62,071 nt of DNA, from positions 1 to 62,071 of the IMG/VR virus record IMGVR_UViG_3300025000_000102; one strand, written 5' to 3'. The translations under genes and the position numbers were made by a program. Every line of letters begins with the position of its first letter. Within the stretch, counting starts at the first letter, position 1. This document shows positions 28,868-39,300 of this stretch, in pieces. Origin of the DNA: a virus. Lineage: Duplodnaviria; Caudoviricetes. The notes beneath the pieces are model-generated. The model ran no database searches. It saw only the letters and a program-made list of their open reading frames with translations, and was not told where the DNA came from.

Positions 28868-28909
28868 AGAAAGTCTGTTCTTATTAATCACAAACCGAAC
28901 ATATGTTCA
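28868..28909. promoter_or_regulatory. Tandem LexA boxes upstream of integrase
   Basis: CGAAC-ATAT-GTTCA at 28896-28909 and GAAA-GTCT-GTTC at 28869-28880. Confidence 0.65.
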
Positions 28910-29389
28910 GCAAAAAGGGTAAAAAAAATTACAGTTCGTATCTTTAATTCTTTTTAAATTGGCTAACTTTTGAGGGACACCGCACGCTGTAGCTATTTCT
29001 TGAATAGTACGAGCTCTGTTTTCGCCTGCGCAGACAATGCAATCAGGCATGAGTAATTCGACTGCAAATTGATTGGCTTCTCGTTCAATTCTGCCCACAG
29101 AGAAGAGTGTGTTTGCTCTTAAAAATGGGGTATTAGCTTTTGGATGCAAAATATTATGACCTAGCTCATGGGCACAAACAAAGCGTTGCCAAACGTTGCT
29201 AAGTTCATAGTTGATGTGTATGAAGGATATACGTTTATAGGTGCTATGGTAACCGAGCGTACTCCCTAGTGGTTCCCTTATGATGAGAATGCCTTTACAA
29301 TCAGCAATTTCATAAGGGTCATCGGTACGATATTTCTTAATTAGCCTTGATACTATCTCTGAAATCCTGTCCAAATGCAAGACCTCCAT
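28907..29389 (-). CDS. ImmA/IrrE-family metallopeptidase (anti-repressor)
   Basis: RF.CAHELGH HExxH motif, EREANQFAVELLMP. Confidence 0.92.
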   Translation of the reverse strand: MEVLHLDRISEIVSRLIKKYRTDDPYEIADCKGILIIREPLGSTLGYHSTYKRISFIHINYELSNVWQRFVCAHELGHNILHPKANTPFLRANTLFSVGRIEREANQFAVELLMPDCIVCAGENRARTIQEIATACGVPQKLANLKRIKDTNCNFFYPFC

Positions 29390-29397
29390 AAAAAGCG

Positions 29398-30087
29398 TTA
29401 TTTATACTTTTCAGGGGTGAACTTTTTCTTGGCGAGTTGTTTAGCAAGACGCATTGAATTTTCGAGGGAGATGCGCATAAGTTCTTTAGTTTCATCATCT
29501 AAAGGTTCTCCGTCAAATGCGAGGGCCTCGTTACTTTCAAGACTAGAGAGCATTTTCTCTAAGTCTCTGGCGATATCGCGTTCTTCTTTTGGCGCGAGGT
29601 TGTTGGGGATGATTTTTTTTTCTTCAAAGGAGGTGTCTTTGAAATCCTCTCCCATATCGGCAATGGTACGATATCCTGCAATCCTTAATAGTATGCCGCG
29701 GTCTAATTCCCTTTGAGGTATGAAATCTATGGTATTGCTTGCTATTCTTTCAAGTGTCTCTAATGATGGGCGCTCAAGAATTAGCCCTAAGCAAATTTTA
29801 TCTAACTCGTTAACATCCACGCCGGTATCCATGGAGAATTTTTCAATTGATCTTTCGCCCCTAATTGAGTTGATAAAAGATACAAGAAAAGTTCGCTCAA
29901 AACCTAAGAGTAAATACTCCGTTGATACTTTAAAATAGTCCGCAACTTTTTGGAGTTTATCAATAGAAGGTGAATTTTTGTCCCATTTATAAATGGCGCC
30001 TTTGCCGAATTCCAAGTCCTTTTCAAGCTTAGGCACGGTAGTATTATGATCCCTACATAGGAACTGTATATTTAACACTATCGACAT
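29398..30087 (-). CDS. Prophage repressor (XRE, two HTH-like domains)
   Basis: LEKDL.F..G.I.KW...SPSIDKLQKVADYF.VS.EYLL; C-terminal KKKFTP.KY typical of ImmR-like repressors; divergent from Cro. Confidence 0.88.
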   Translation of the reverse strand: MSIVLNIQFLCRDHNTTVPKLEKDLEFGKGAIYKWDKNSPSIDKLQKVADYFKVSTEYLLLGFERTFLVSFINSIRGERSIEKFSMDTGVDVNELDKICLGLILERPSLETLERIASNTIDFIPQRELDRGILLRIAGYRTIADMGEDFKDTSFEEKKIIPNNLAPKEERDIARDLEKMLSSLESNEALAFDGEPLDDETKELMRISLENSMRLAKQLAKKKFTPEKYK

Positions 30088-30361
30088 ATAGATCCTCCTT
30101 AACCCGAGAAGTTATCGTTGTTAAATTTAACAATACCCTATTGACTAACTGAAAATTTAACACTATAATAACTTTGATAGCTAAAATATTGGCAAACGAG
30201 CAACAAAAAACCAAGAGTCTTATAGACTCGCTTAAAAAAATCGTTGAGGGACGACTTTTATTTGGCTTGCTTTGTTGTTTAATAATACTCGAATATTTTC
30301 TGTTTGTCAATATATTAGCTGACGTTTCTTAGTAATATATGTCAAAGAAAGGAGGATAAGT

Positions 30362-30577
30362 ATGCTGGAATACACGGATTTTGGCTTAGAGGTGAGAGGG
30401 ATACTACTTAAAAAGAGAAAATCGATGACCAAATTTGCAAAGGAACTTGGGATATCTTGTTCTTATCTCTCTGAAATCCTCAAGGGCACGAGAGATGGTA
30501 AAGCCTACAAGGATAAAATCGCGCTGTCTTTAGGCATAGAAGAAAAGTTGACCCGTGAAGAGGAAGCGATCAGATAG
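30362..30577 (+). CDS. Cro-like HTH regulator
   Basis: AKELGISCSYLSEILKG; divergent from repressor. Confidence 0.8.
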   Translation: MLEYTDFGLEVRGILLKKRKSMTKFAKELGISCSYLSEILKGTRDGKAYKDKIALSLGIEEKLTREEEAIR

Positions 30578-30843
30578 TCAACTTAATCTTTTAAGAAATA
30601 GAGGTGTGATCGTTGTGGGTAGTCCCGCCATAATTCAACCAACCAAAGAACCTGTAATACTAATCACCGAACCCACTTTGAAAAGTAAGCGATTCGAGGA
30701 CCAAGTCAGGGTAATTCGTATTTTTAATCCAGATGAAGAAAGAATGGTTTCTGCATTGCGATATATTTTGAGCCTACCAGCAAGATTGTGAAGAAACGGG
30801 TTATATAAAAAAGGTGAGCTAATAAGCAACTCTTTTTTTAATC

Positions 30844-30879
30844 ATCGTTGGACAAGTTGGCAATCTTTACAAGTTATGC
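30844..30879 (+). repeat. Conserved intergenic motif, copy 1
   Basis: ATCGTTGGACAAGTT-NN-CAATCTTTACA-NNN-TATGC; second copy at 40817. Confidence 0.75.
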
Positions 30880-30942
30880 GAGTGGGTAAGCCATAATGAC
30901 AAGTTCGTAAAAAAGCTGTGTAAGTAAGCAAAGGAGGGAATC

Positions 30943-31893
30943 ATGCTCCTAAAAATCGACACCGTAAAAATGGGCAAACGAATCAGAGTGGAATACGGCG
31001 AAATGCAAGAACTAGCCGACAGCATCATGGAACACGGCTTACTTCACCCCATAGTGGTAGACAGTCAGTATAATCTCATAGCTGGCGGCAGAAGGCTACT
31101 AGCTTGCTCAAGGATCGGTATGAAGGAAATCGAAGTTAAGGTACTTGGTGATCTAACGGCCCATGAGCTTAGAGTCTTGGAGCTTGAGGAGAACATTAAG
31201 CGAAAAGATTTAACCGAGCTTGAGAAGTCTAAGACACTGTTTGAGCTGGCTAATCTGAAGAGAAAGGAACTGGAAGAGAAAGAGCGGCAAGAGATTGAAC
31301 GATTAGAACGTGAGGATCAAGAAAGACACGCTCAAGAGAAGGACAAGCCAGATAACAACGAAACGGACAAAGATGATCCACCCCCTGAAATCCCGACTGA
31401 GGTTTTTGTCGGAGTCCGACAAAAAGGTGGCAGACCTGAAAAGGGAGTTACTGTCGAGAAGATAGCTCAAGAGTTAAACATCCCAAGGACTACACTTATA
31501 TACGCTCAAAAGCACGTCGAAGCCGTCACTCAATTTCCAGAACTGGAAACCCTGCCGAAGTACGCAGCCATCGAACAGGCGAAGCAAAACAACGATCCAC
31601 GTGTTCTCGACCTAGCCCAGCAACGCAAGAGGCGCGAGGAAGAGGCACCACAGCCGGAGGAACCTGGGACACCAGGTTACAACGAATACATTGATTTCTG
31701 CGCGAAGGTTGCTAAGAACTTCAACAAAGTAATCTACAGCGCGGCAATGTTGGAAACCAACGACCAACACCTTAACGCACTGAAAGAACTCATTGACCGT
31801 CCAGACATGATTCAAGAATACATTGCCATGATAAGCGAAGCAGTTCCAAGGCTTCTAAAGGTTCAGAAGTTTCTAAGGGAGATGAAAGTGTGA
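30943..31893 (+). CDS. ParB N-terminal-domain protein
   Basis: ELADSI..HGLLHPIVV...LIAGGRRL.A, LEENIKRKDLT..E. Confidence 0.85.
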   Translation: MLLKIDTVKMGKRIRVEYGEMQELADSIMEHGLLHPIVVDSQYNLIAGGRRLLACSRIGMKEIEVKVLGDLTAHELRVLELEENIKRKDLTELEKSKTLFELANLKRKELEEKERQEIERLEREDQERHAQEKDKPDNNETDKDDPPPEIPTEVFVGVRQKGGRPEKGVTVEKIAQELNIPRTTLIYAQKHVEAVTQFPELETLPKYAAIEQAKQNNDPRVLDLAQQRKRREEEAPQPEEPGTPGYNEYIDFCAKVAKNFNKVIYSAAMLETNDQHLNALKELIDRPDMIQEYIAMISEAVPRLLKVQKFLREMKV

Positions 31894-32288
31894 GTAGGCT
31901 AGACAAACGAGCCATCGAAGCCATTTTAAGACTTATGGAAGAACTCGATGAAGTGACAACCGAAGCGGTAATGGATGTAATAAGGCCGCATTATGTGTTT
32001 GATCCGCATGTTGCGAAGGAACGCGAAATACGTAGAAAAGCAAACAGGTTGATGGCTCGGTTTAGGGATGACAAGGGGATTCGGACTTGCTTTAGCTATA
32101 AGGACGTTACTGGTCAATCAAAGTACGTCAATGTGGATAAAACCAACGACATTGAGGCAGTGAAAGCCGTAAACGAGCAGATCAATGATAAGTATTTCGG
32201 GTTAGGTAAGGCGAAGAAAAAGCTTAACGCAAGGCTCTTGGAACTTGCAGGGCAGACGAAGTTGTTCGAAGAGGGTGAAGACCAATGA
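31890..32288 (+). CDS. Hypothetical protein coupled to ParB-like gene
   Basis: GTGA overlap with upstream gene. Confidence 0.65.
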   Translation: MSRLDKRAIEAILRLMEELDEVTTEAVMDVIRPHYVFDPHVAKEREIRRKANRLMARFRDDKGIRTCFSYKDVTGQSKYVNVDKTNDIEAVKAVNEQINDKYFGLGKAKKKLNARLLELAGQTKLFEEGEDQ

Positions 32289-32596
32289 AATACACTGGCC
32301 CCCTAAGCGGAAAGGTCCACTGCGAATACTGCCAATGCCCCATAGAGGTATGGAATGACGATGAACCTCTTTTTAAAACCTACAGCGGTGACGGATGCAA
32401 GCTTTACGACTCGTTCTCTTCACTAATCGAATGGAGTATGTCAGCCGACGAACTTACCGAAATTGCAAAGAGGGAACTGCCTAAAGAGTTTGACGACATA
32501 ACCGACCTGGACGCAACGGTCAAGGAGTTGATGGACATCATCCTTGAGGTTGGAATGCTTGATAATCCATATCCTGTTGGAGGAAGTAATGGCTAA
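32285..32596 (+). CDS. Hypothetical protein
   Basis: ATGA overlap, CEYC motif. Confidence 0.55.
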   Translation: MKYTGPLSGKVHCEYCQCPIEVWNDDEPLFKTYSGDGCKLYDSFSSLIEWSMSADELTEIAKRELPKEFDDITDLDATVKELMDIILEVGMLDNPYPVGGSNG

Positions 32597-32987
32597 AAAA
32601 CCATTCGACACAACCATGACCCTAGGTCAAAGAATCAAACAACTTCGCGTCCAACAAGGATTAAATCAGTTTCATATCTCCGACAAACTCAGCATGAACC
32701 GTGCAAACTTCTCTCATTACGAGCGGGACACAGCAATGCCTCCGGGCGACACATTGGGAGAGATTGCAGATATTTTGGGTACGACTACGGATTATTTGCT
32801 GGGAAGAGACATCGCGGAGCAGCCAGAACCAACGCCTCCCCAATCCCTCGAATCCAGAATAACCTACCTCGAACAAGAACTAGCAGAACTGAGGGCGAGA
32901 ACAACTCCAGTGGATATATCCGAGCTAAGTGAAAAGGTTATACGGGAGATCGTTAAGCGGTTGCGGTTAAGTGAGCAGAGCGCGTAA
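32589..32987 (+). CDS. XRE-family HTH protein
   Basis: LGQRIKQLR...YER...P....L..IADILGTTTDYLLGR. Confidence 0.85.
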   Translation: MAKKPFDTTMTLGQRIKQLRVQQGLNQFHISDKLSMNRANFSHYERDTAMPPGDTLGEIADILGTTTDYLLGRDIAEQPEPTPPQSLESRITYLEQELAELRARTTPVDISELSEKVIREIVKRLRLSEQSA

Positions 32988-33176
32988 TTGTGAAAACGTT
33001 GGCATTGGAGGGAGGTGAAAACGATGATAGCAGACTTCTTGGTAGAACTTGAAAAACGAATTGAGGTCCTTGAAAAAGAAATAGCCGAACTGAAAGTACA
33101 AGTTTCAGTTCGGCCAGAGGTTGATGGCAAAGAGATCATTAAGGCGATCAACGAGGTTCACAGGGCTAATCCTACC

Positions 33177-33368
33177 CTACTTAAGCTTTAGAAATTCATA
33201 TTCCTTTAAGATCGAAACGCAAACCATTGCTGCTATTTCAGCAGTATACCTATCTTTTTCGATAGTTGGTTCATTTTCAGAGTCTGGGTTATTCTTTTTA
33301 AGTTTTTCCAAGAAATCACTCAACAGCTTATCGAAATCAATTTCCAAATTTTCACCTCCTCCCTCCAT
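33177..33368 (-). CDS. Small antisense-oriented gene with own sigma-H-like promoter (start may be ~33350)
   Basis: GGAGGTG RBS; ACAGGTTTA-11-GTCGAAT at 33396-33422 (minus). Confidence 0.55.
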   Translation of the reverse strand: MEGGGENLEIDFDKLLSDFLEKLKKNNPDSENEPTIEKDRYTAEIAAMVCVSILKEYEFLKLK

Positions 33369-33937
33369 GAAATCGGTAGTCTGAACAACTTACCAATTCG
33401 ACACGAAAGAGGATAAACCTGTAAATATTTTTGGTAAAGCGAGGTGAAAACCATGACTAAATCAACCCTCACAACATGGATCAAGGGCCTCAAGTTAAGC
33501 CCAACCTTCGAACCCATGCCAGAACCTAAATCAACCCCAATCCCCCAAGGAGACCTAAAAACTCTGACCACACCAAAATGTAAAACATGTTACTGGCTCC
33601 TGCATTCTGGACGAAAGAGTTTTTGTAATCATCCGAAGGCTCCGGAGTCGGCGAAGAAGTGTGCGACTCGTATTCCGTCGGTTAATACGAGGACAAGCCC
33701 TGAGTGGTGCAGTATGAGAATTGTGTAGGGGGGATCACGATGCACCATATGAAGGGGTGGAAGATTTTGCGTAAAGACACAGCTCGCCGCCTACGCTATC
33801 AGGAAACTCAGAGGTTGAAGCAACAGGCGGTTAAGGACTTCAATAAAGACCCGAAGGTATGGGGTAATTATAAGCCGTCAGATGGACCGATTAAGACGTT
33901 TTTGGCAAGGTTGGTTAAGTAGGGAGGAGAATGAAGC

Positions 33938-34354
33938 GTGAATTTACCTACTATCCCAGTGTTAATCGAAAAGGTTGAATTTAAGGGCTATGAAAATGCA
34001 GGTCTGTACCTAACTAGGTTTGTCGATAAAAATCTTCCTGTCTTATTTATTGGTAACGCAGATGAAGAAGTTGTGTATTTGATTTGCAACATTAATCCTG
34101 ATGATAATTATGAATTGAAAGAGTTTGAATTTGCCATAAAGGATTATAGCGAGAACGAAGGCACAGAGGATTGGCTAGTAAAAAACGAGTTCCTGCACCC
34201 TCACTATTATAGTTATTTGAGCGGATGGGTAGAAATTCCAATTTGCGTGGCAACGGATAAACTTAAAGGTTTAATTATTGAACGATGCCAAACCACAGAA
34301 TCTCTTTCTATGCCTCGGCACGGCGAAGACCCAATGACCGGAGAATGTTGGTAG
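33938..34354 (+). CDS. Hypothetical protein
   Basis: GGAGG RBS; IKDYSENEG..WL motif. Confidence 0.6.
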   Translation: MNLPTIPVLIEKVEFKGYENAGLYLTRFVDKNLPVLFIGNADEEVVYLICNINPDDNYELKEFEFAIKDYSENEGTEDWLVKNEFLHPHYYSYLSGWVEIPICVATDKLKGLIIERCQTTESLSMPRHGEDPMTGECW

Positions 34355-34368
34355 AAAGGAGGAAAACA

Positions 34369-34716
34369 ATGCTAAACAGCATCCGTAAATCCAAGTTCGC
34401 GGTAAACATTCGCCAGCAACTACTTAGATTCCCTCACATCAACCGCAGAGTAGAGGCCTATCAAAACGAGCAAGCGAAACTCAGGGCCGAGCGCGAAGCC
34501 CAACGCATCGAGCGCCAACTCGAACGTCATCACCTGCACTGGTCTCTGATTATGTCAGGCCAGACGATGCGCGGCGTGCAGGAAGATCACAGGACCCTCG
34601 CTGACGTTACCGATGCTGGCATAACGGTGAGTTACATGAACGGTAGGGCAGTGGGCCAAGAACATGCAGGACCAACGTTCCATCGTTTTGATGTAGTGAA
34701 TTGGGGAGGTGTGTAG
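34369..34716 (+). CDS. Hypothetical protein
   Basis: AAGGAGG RBS. Confidence 0.6.
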   Translation: MLNSIRKSKFAVNIRQQLLRFPHINRRVEAYQNEQAKLRAEREAQRIERQLERHHLHWSLIMSGQTMRGVQEDHRTLADVTDAGITVSYMNGRAVGQEHAGPTFHRFDVVNWGGV

Positions 34717-35076
34717 GTGTGGATGTAAAGGGATTAATAATTAATCATGCTAAGTCAGTCGGGCGTAATGATCTTCATTCTTACACAGTTGGGGCAATAA
34801 CCGGGGTTATAAAATGTTGCTTCCCCTCGGATGAAACAGTGGAATTGATCAAGGGAATCATCGAAACGATGCATGAGGTAATGGATGATAAGTCGTTGCC
34901 TTGGGACGTGGAGCCTCCGGAGGACACAGAAAAGGCCCCCACTGCAATGGGAGCCGATGCGGAAGGCCACGAGGAAATATCACAACCTAAGTGTACCATA
35001 GATAATTCAAAAGTTGAACCACTGGTGGACCGCGTTTGGGCGGAGGAAATTTTAGCAAATGAGGAGGTCGTGGCAA

Positions 35077-35403
35077 ATGCATGAAAATCTAATCGCCGAC
35101 TTAAAGGCCCTGAAAATCTCAATACCAGCTGCTAACGAGCAAGTATATATGGCAGCACGTGATCTCGTAGCCGCTAAGGATGAACTTCGCATTCAGGAAG
35201 GAAGACTTATCGCAGACAAAATTATTGATGGGAAGAATGCTGAGATCAGAGCTGCTCAAATGTATGGATGTACGGTTGTTGAGCGGCAGAATGTAGCTGA
35301 GGCAGAGGATTTCTTGGAGCATTCAAAACTTATTCTTAGTAACCTGCAGACCGAGTTGCGGATTAATATAGCTCTCGTGGAGCTGGTTAAGGGGGTGGCG
35401 TAG
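35077..35403 (+). CDS. Coiled-coil hypothetical protein
   Basis: GGAGG RBS; IDGKNAEIRAAQ motif common in Firmicute phages. Confidence 0.65.
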   Translation: MHENLIADLKALKISIPAANEQVYMAARDLVAAKDELRIQEGRLIADKIIDGKNAEIRAAQMYGCTVVERQNVAEAEDFLEHSKLILSNLQTELRINIALVELVKGVA

Positions 35404-35405
35404 GG

Positions 35406-36323
35406 ATGGATAACGCTCTAACAGTCGCATCGATCAACGATTACCCAGTTCAGAAATTTAACCGCCTATTCCCTGCAACACTGACGGAGATTTCCCCTCT
35501 CCACAAGGTCATGGTTAATATCGTGACAATAGACACGGACCCAATCGCTAAGGAGGTCTATGAGCAGAAACAGGGCAATGGCCTCAGTCTCACTAAAACA
35601 GCTTGCCTCAAACTGATGACGGCCGCGAACGTGGTTATGAAGGAATCAAAACCTATCCTACCGCAAGGTTGTCAAAGATGTATCGAGATAGCACAGCGAA
35701 CGCGACTTGCTCCGCAGTGCAACGGATGCCCAACGAAGCTAGATAAGGCTTATCAGGTGTCGATATTAGTTCCCGAGCCGAGCGGAGGACATAGGGAGTA
35801 CATCGCAACGAAGGAACTCGCGAAGGCTGATTATAAAGGGTTGCCTGAGCATATGGCGGCACAGTGTGAGACGAAGGCGTTGCTGAGGGCGTTACGTGCA
35901 GGATTAGACATTAAAGGCGCGTATGCACCCTCTGAGTTGACTAAGCCGTTTGCGGTGGCATTGGTGGTACTTAATACTCAGGACCCAGACTTAAAGGCGG
36001 CGATGATTAAGCGATTCGCGGCCGGACAGGACGCATTATTTGGAGGAGCTGCGGCGTTACCGGCAGGGACAACATTGCAGTTACCGGAGGCTAATGTTAG
36101 CGGGAGAGTTGTAGTCGTGGAGGATGAACCGGAGGGGGATCAGGGAGTTGGAGACATTCCTCCGTGGGAGTTGCCGCCGGTGGGTACGGAAGCGTGCTGT
36201 GAGGTTTGTCGCAAGCAGATTCAAGCGGCGAATGGATGGACGGTGGAGCAGATTGTGACGTATCTGAAGGAGAAGCGTGGCAGGGTTGTTTGTAATGAGT
36301 GTTATGCAGGGGGGGGGCAGTAA
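35406..36323 (+). CDS. Hypothetical protein with Cys motifs, probable recombination accessory
   Basis: CQRC/CNGC, C-terminal CEVC...CNEC; ETKALLRALR; directly upstream of SbcCD fusion. Confidence 0.55.
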   Translation: MDNALTVASINDYPVQKFNRLFPATLTEISPLHKVMVNIVTIDTDPIAKEVYEQKQGNGLSLTKTACLKLMTAANVVMKESKPILPQGCQRCIEIAQRTRLAPQCNGCPTKLDKAYQVSILVPEPSGGHREYIATKELAKADYKGLPEHMAAQCETKALLRALRAGLDIKGAYAPSELTKPFAVALVVLNTQDPDLKAAMIKRFAAGQDALFGGAAALPAGTTLQLPEANVSGRVVVVEDEPEGDQGVGDIPPWELPPVGTEACCEVCRKQIQAANGWTVEQIVTYLKEKRGRVVCNECYAGGGQ

Positions 36324-39300
36324 TGCGCGTCTTACACAGTGGAGATTGGCATGTTGGGGAATTGACTGGACCTGTCGTAAATGGACAGAACGCTCGCTTA
36401 CTCGACACCCTGCGCTGCCTAGATTTTATGGTCGAGTACGCGCAGAGAGAGCGACCTGATGCTGTGTTGGTTCCAGGTGACGTTTTCGATAAATCGAAGC
36501 TTTGGGGAGATAACATACTCTCGTTAATCGGAGAGGTTGAGAAGAGACTAAGGTTACTAGCTAAGATTTGTCCTACGGTTGTGTCATTTGGGACAGATAA
36601 CCACGACAGTATGAAGGCGTTTTTTAACCTAGCGTCGATGCGGATACCAAACTTATTTATAGAAACTCAGCCTAAATTATTCCAAGTCATGACAGCATCA
36701 GGTCTCCTGCAAGTCGGTGTTATACCAGGCTTCGACAAAGGATACTTCCGCGCACTGCACCCAGGCATGGAACCTGCAGAAGAGTCCATGATGTGCAGTA
36801 AGTTACTCGGAGACATGGTCAACGGCTTAAGCGCACAACTTGACCCGACGATCCCCTCGGTATTGATGGCTCACTACACGGTCGTAGGGTGCGAGTTAGA
36901 TAATGGACAGCACGTATTTTCTCAGTCCGAAGTCGTTCTACCCAAGGAAGCACTCGCAGGGAGCGCGTTCGATCTCGTAGCGTTGGGACATATCCACAGG
37001 GCGCAGCAGGTTGAGTGTGCAGGAAAGCCAGTGTTTTACTCTGGGCCTCCGAATGGGATTACGTTTAACGAGGAAGGGCAGGATAAGGGGTTTTGGGTGC
37101 ATGAGATCAGCGAAACAGGGAGTATGTATTATCAGAATCACGATTTTACTGCCAAAAGCTATTCGGTGGGATCGGAGTTCGTTATTACTCCTTACCGAAA
37201 ATTCCTCACCATTGAAGTTGATTTCATGCCTGCCAGTGATCCAATGAAAAAGCTTGCCTTAGTTGCCGAGATGAATCCTATCAAGGATAAAATAGTCAAG
37301 CTCGAATACGAATGCACTGAAGAACAACGTGTTCTACTTAATCACAAGGAAATGGAATCACTACTCAAGGTCGGCGGAGCCTTCCATGTTTCAGAGATTA
37401 AAACTAAGCGCATTGTCGAAGTACTGACGAAGCAGGAACTTACCGAAACCTCTGGACCACTAGAGAATTTATACACATGGCTCGTGGCTGAGGGATTCAA
37501 GAATGATGAGATTACGTCTATCATCGACCTCGCTCGCCCACTCATCGCCACAATCTCAGCCAAGATGCCCACAGGTACGCTATCGGGAATATTCGTTCCT
37601 AAATCGCTAAGAGTCAAAAACTATCGCTCGTATCTCTCGGAATACCTTGATTTCCAAGCCATCTACTTTGCCATAGTTAACGGAGAAAACGGAATCGGTA
37701 AATCATCGTTGTTTATGGATGCTCCCAGAGATTGTATCTACGAGGAGACGCGAACTGGCGTAACTGGCGAGTGGATTACGAACGGACAGACGGACGGGAT
37801 GATTGATTTTATATTCGGCATGGGAGTAACCGATTGGAGAATAATCAGGAATCGGAGCATCAAGGGAAGCGGAAAAATCACCTTGGCTTTACAGGAGTAC
37901 GTCAATGATAAGTGGGAAGACCGTTCCGGGACGACTACGAGACAGACTCAGGAGAAGATAGAGGCATTAATAGGGATGGATTGCGCTACGTTCTCCTGCA
38001 CTGCATTGATCATGCAGGATGCTTACGGCTCATTTATGGAGGCCAGTAAAGAAGACCGGATGAGTGTGCTGGCAAATATCTTAGGGCTTGGAGTTTATGA
38101 GCAGTTGACCGATTTAGCAAAGGCTAAGGTCTCTGAGTTAAATAAGTCGTTGGCGATTTCGAGGGTTAAGATGGCGGAGTTGGATGAGAAATTGAAGGCG
38201 AAGCCGGGGTTGGACGTTGAGTTACAGGAGATAGAGCATGATCTCAAGTATACAGTCGAGGACATATTAGCCAAGGAAATAGAGATCAAGGATGCCGAGG
38301 AACTCGTTAGGACGCTGAAGTCGAAGGCGGAGAAGGCTGAAGATATTAAGTTACAAATCAAGGCTCTTAATGATGACGTATTCGCCAAGCAACTTGAGAT
38401 CAGTACGAAGCGACAAGCGGCGGAACGAGCGCAGAAGATGCTTGCTATGGAAGCTGCTATTTTAACAAAGTCTGAAGAGTATGAGAAGGTCAGGGATCTG
38501 ATCACGGTATTAGGGGCGAAAAAGCCAAGATATCAGGAGTTAATGATTGTCCAAGAAGAAACCGAGTTCGACATATCGGCGGCAGATGCTACGCTAACGA
38601 AACTTGCCCCCCAGATAACCGACCTTGAGAAAATTCTAGCGAGCAAGCCGGAGTTGGACGCAATTGTGGAGCAGTACGACCGCGAGAACGCAAGGCTTGG
38701 CGAGATGGATAATCTGGCGGCAAAGGCAAATGACAAAAATCAGGAAATCCTCGAAGCCGAGAAGGACACGGATAGAACCGGCGATGAGATATATGATAAG
38801 CGCTTAGTACTTAAGGATACTGAATTAAGGCTTGAAGAGTTAGTCAAAAAATCAGCGATGCTTGCGAATGCAAATTGCGTTGACCCGGAAAATGCGAAGT
38901 GTGCTTTCCTTGCAGATGCGCAGAAAGCAAAAGCGCAGATACCCATTATTGAGGCAGAGATCAAGGCTATCGAAAAGGAAATCTTAGATATGACAGAGGC
39001 TAGAAAGCCATTCGTGAAAATAGTTATGGATTTAGAGGCTGAGTATAAGGCTATAGGTTACGACATCCATAACAACAAGGAGCACCGAGACTTAAGGGAA
39101 TTAGTTAAGTCATTGTTACCGAGCGTGGTTCTTGCAGGACAACTCGATTCGAAGGCGGAGTTACTCGCGGGACTCCTAGCGCAAGCAGAAGATGCCACGA
39201 GGCGCAAGGATGAACTGCAGGCTAAGCTTGCGGACGTTACCGAGGCATATAATGCGCTGAATATTGAACTCTCCGAACTTCCAGAACTCCAACAACGCCT

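Noticed and set aside
30943-32288. Plasmid-prophage ParABS partition system
   Set aside because: No ParA ATPase or parS palindrome found, and an integrase is present
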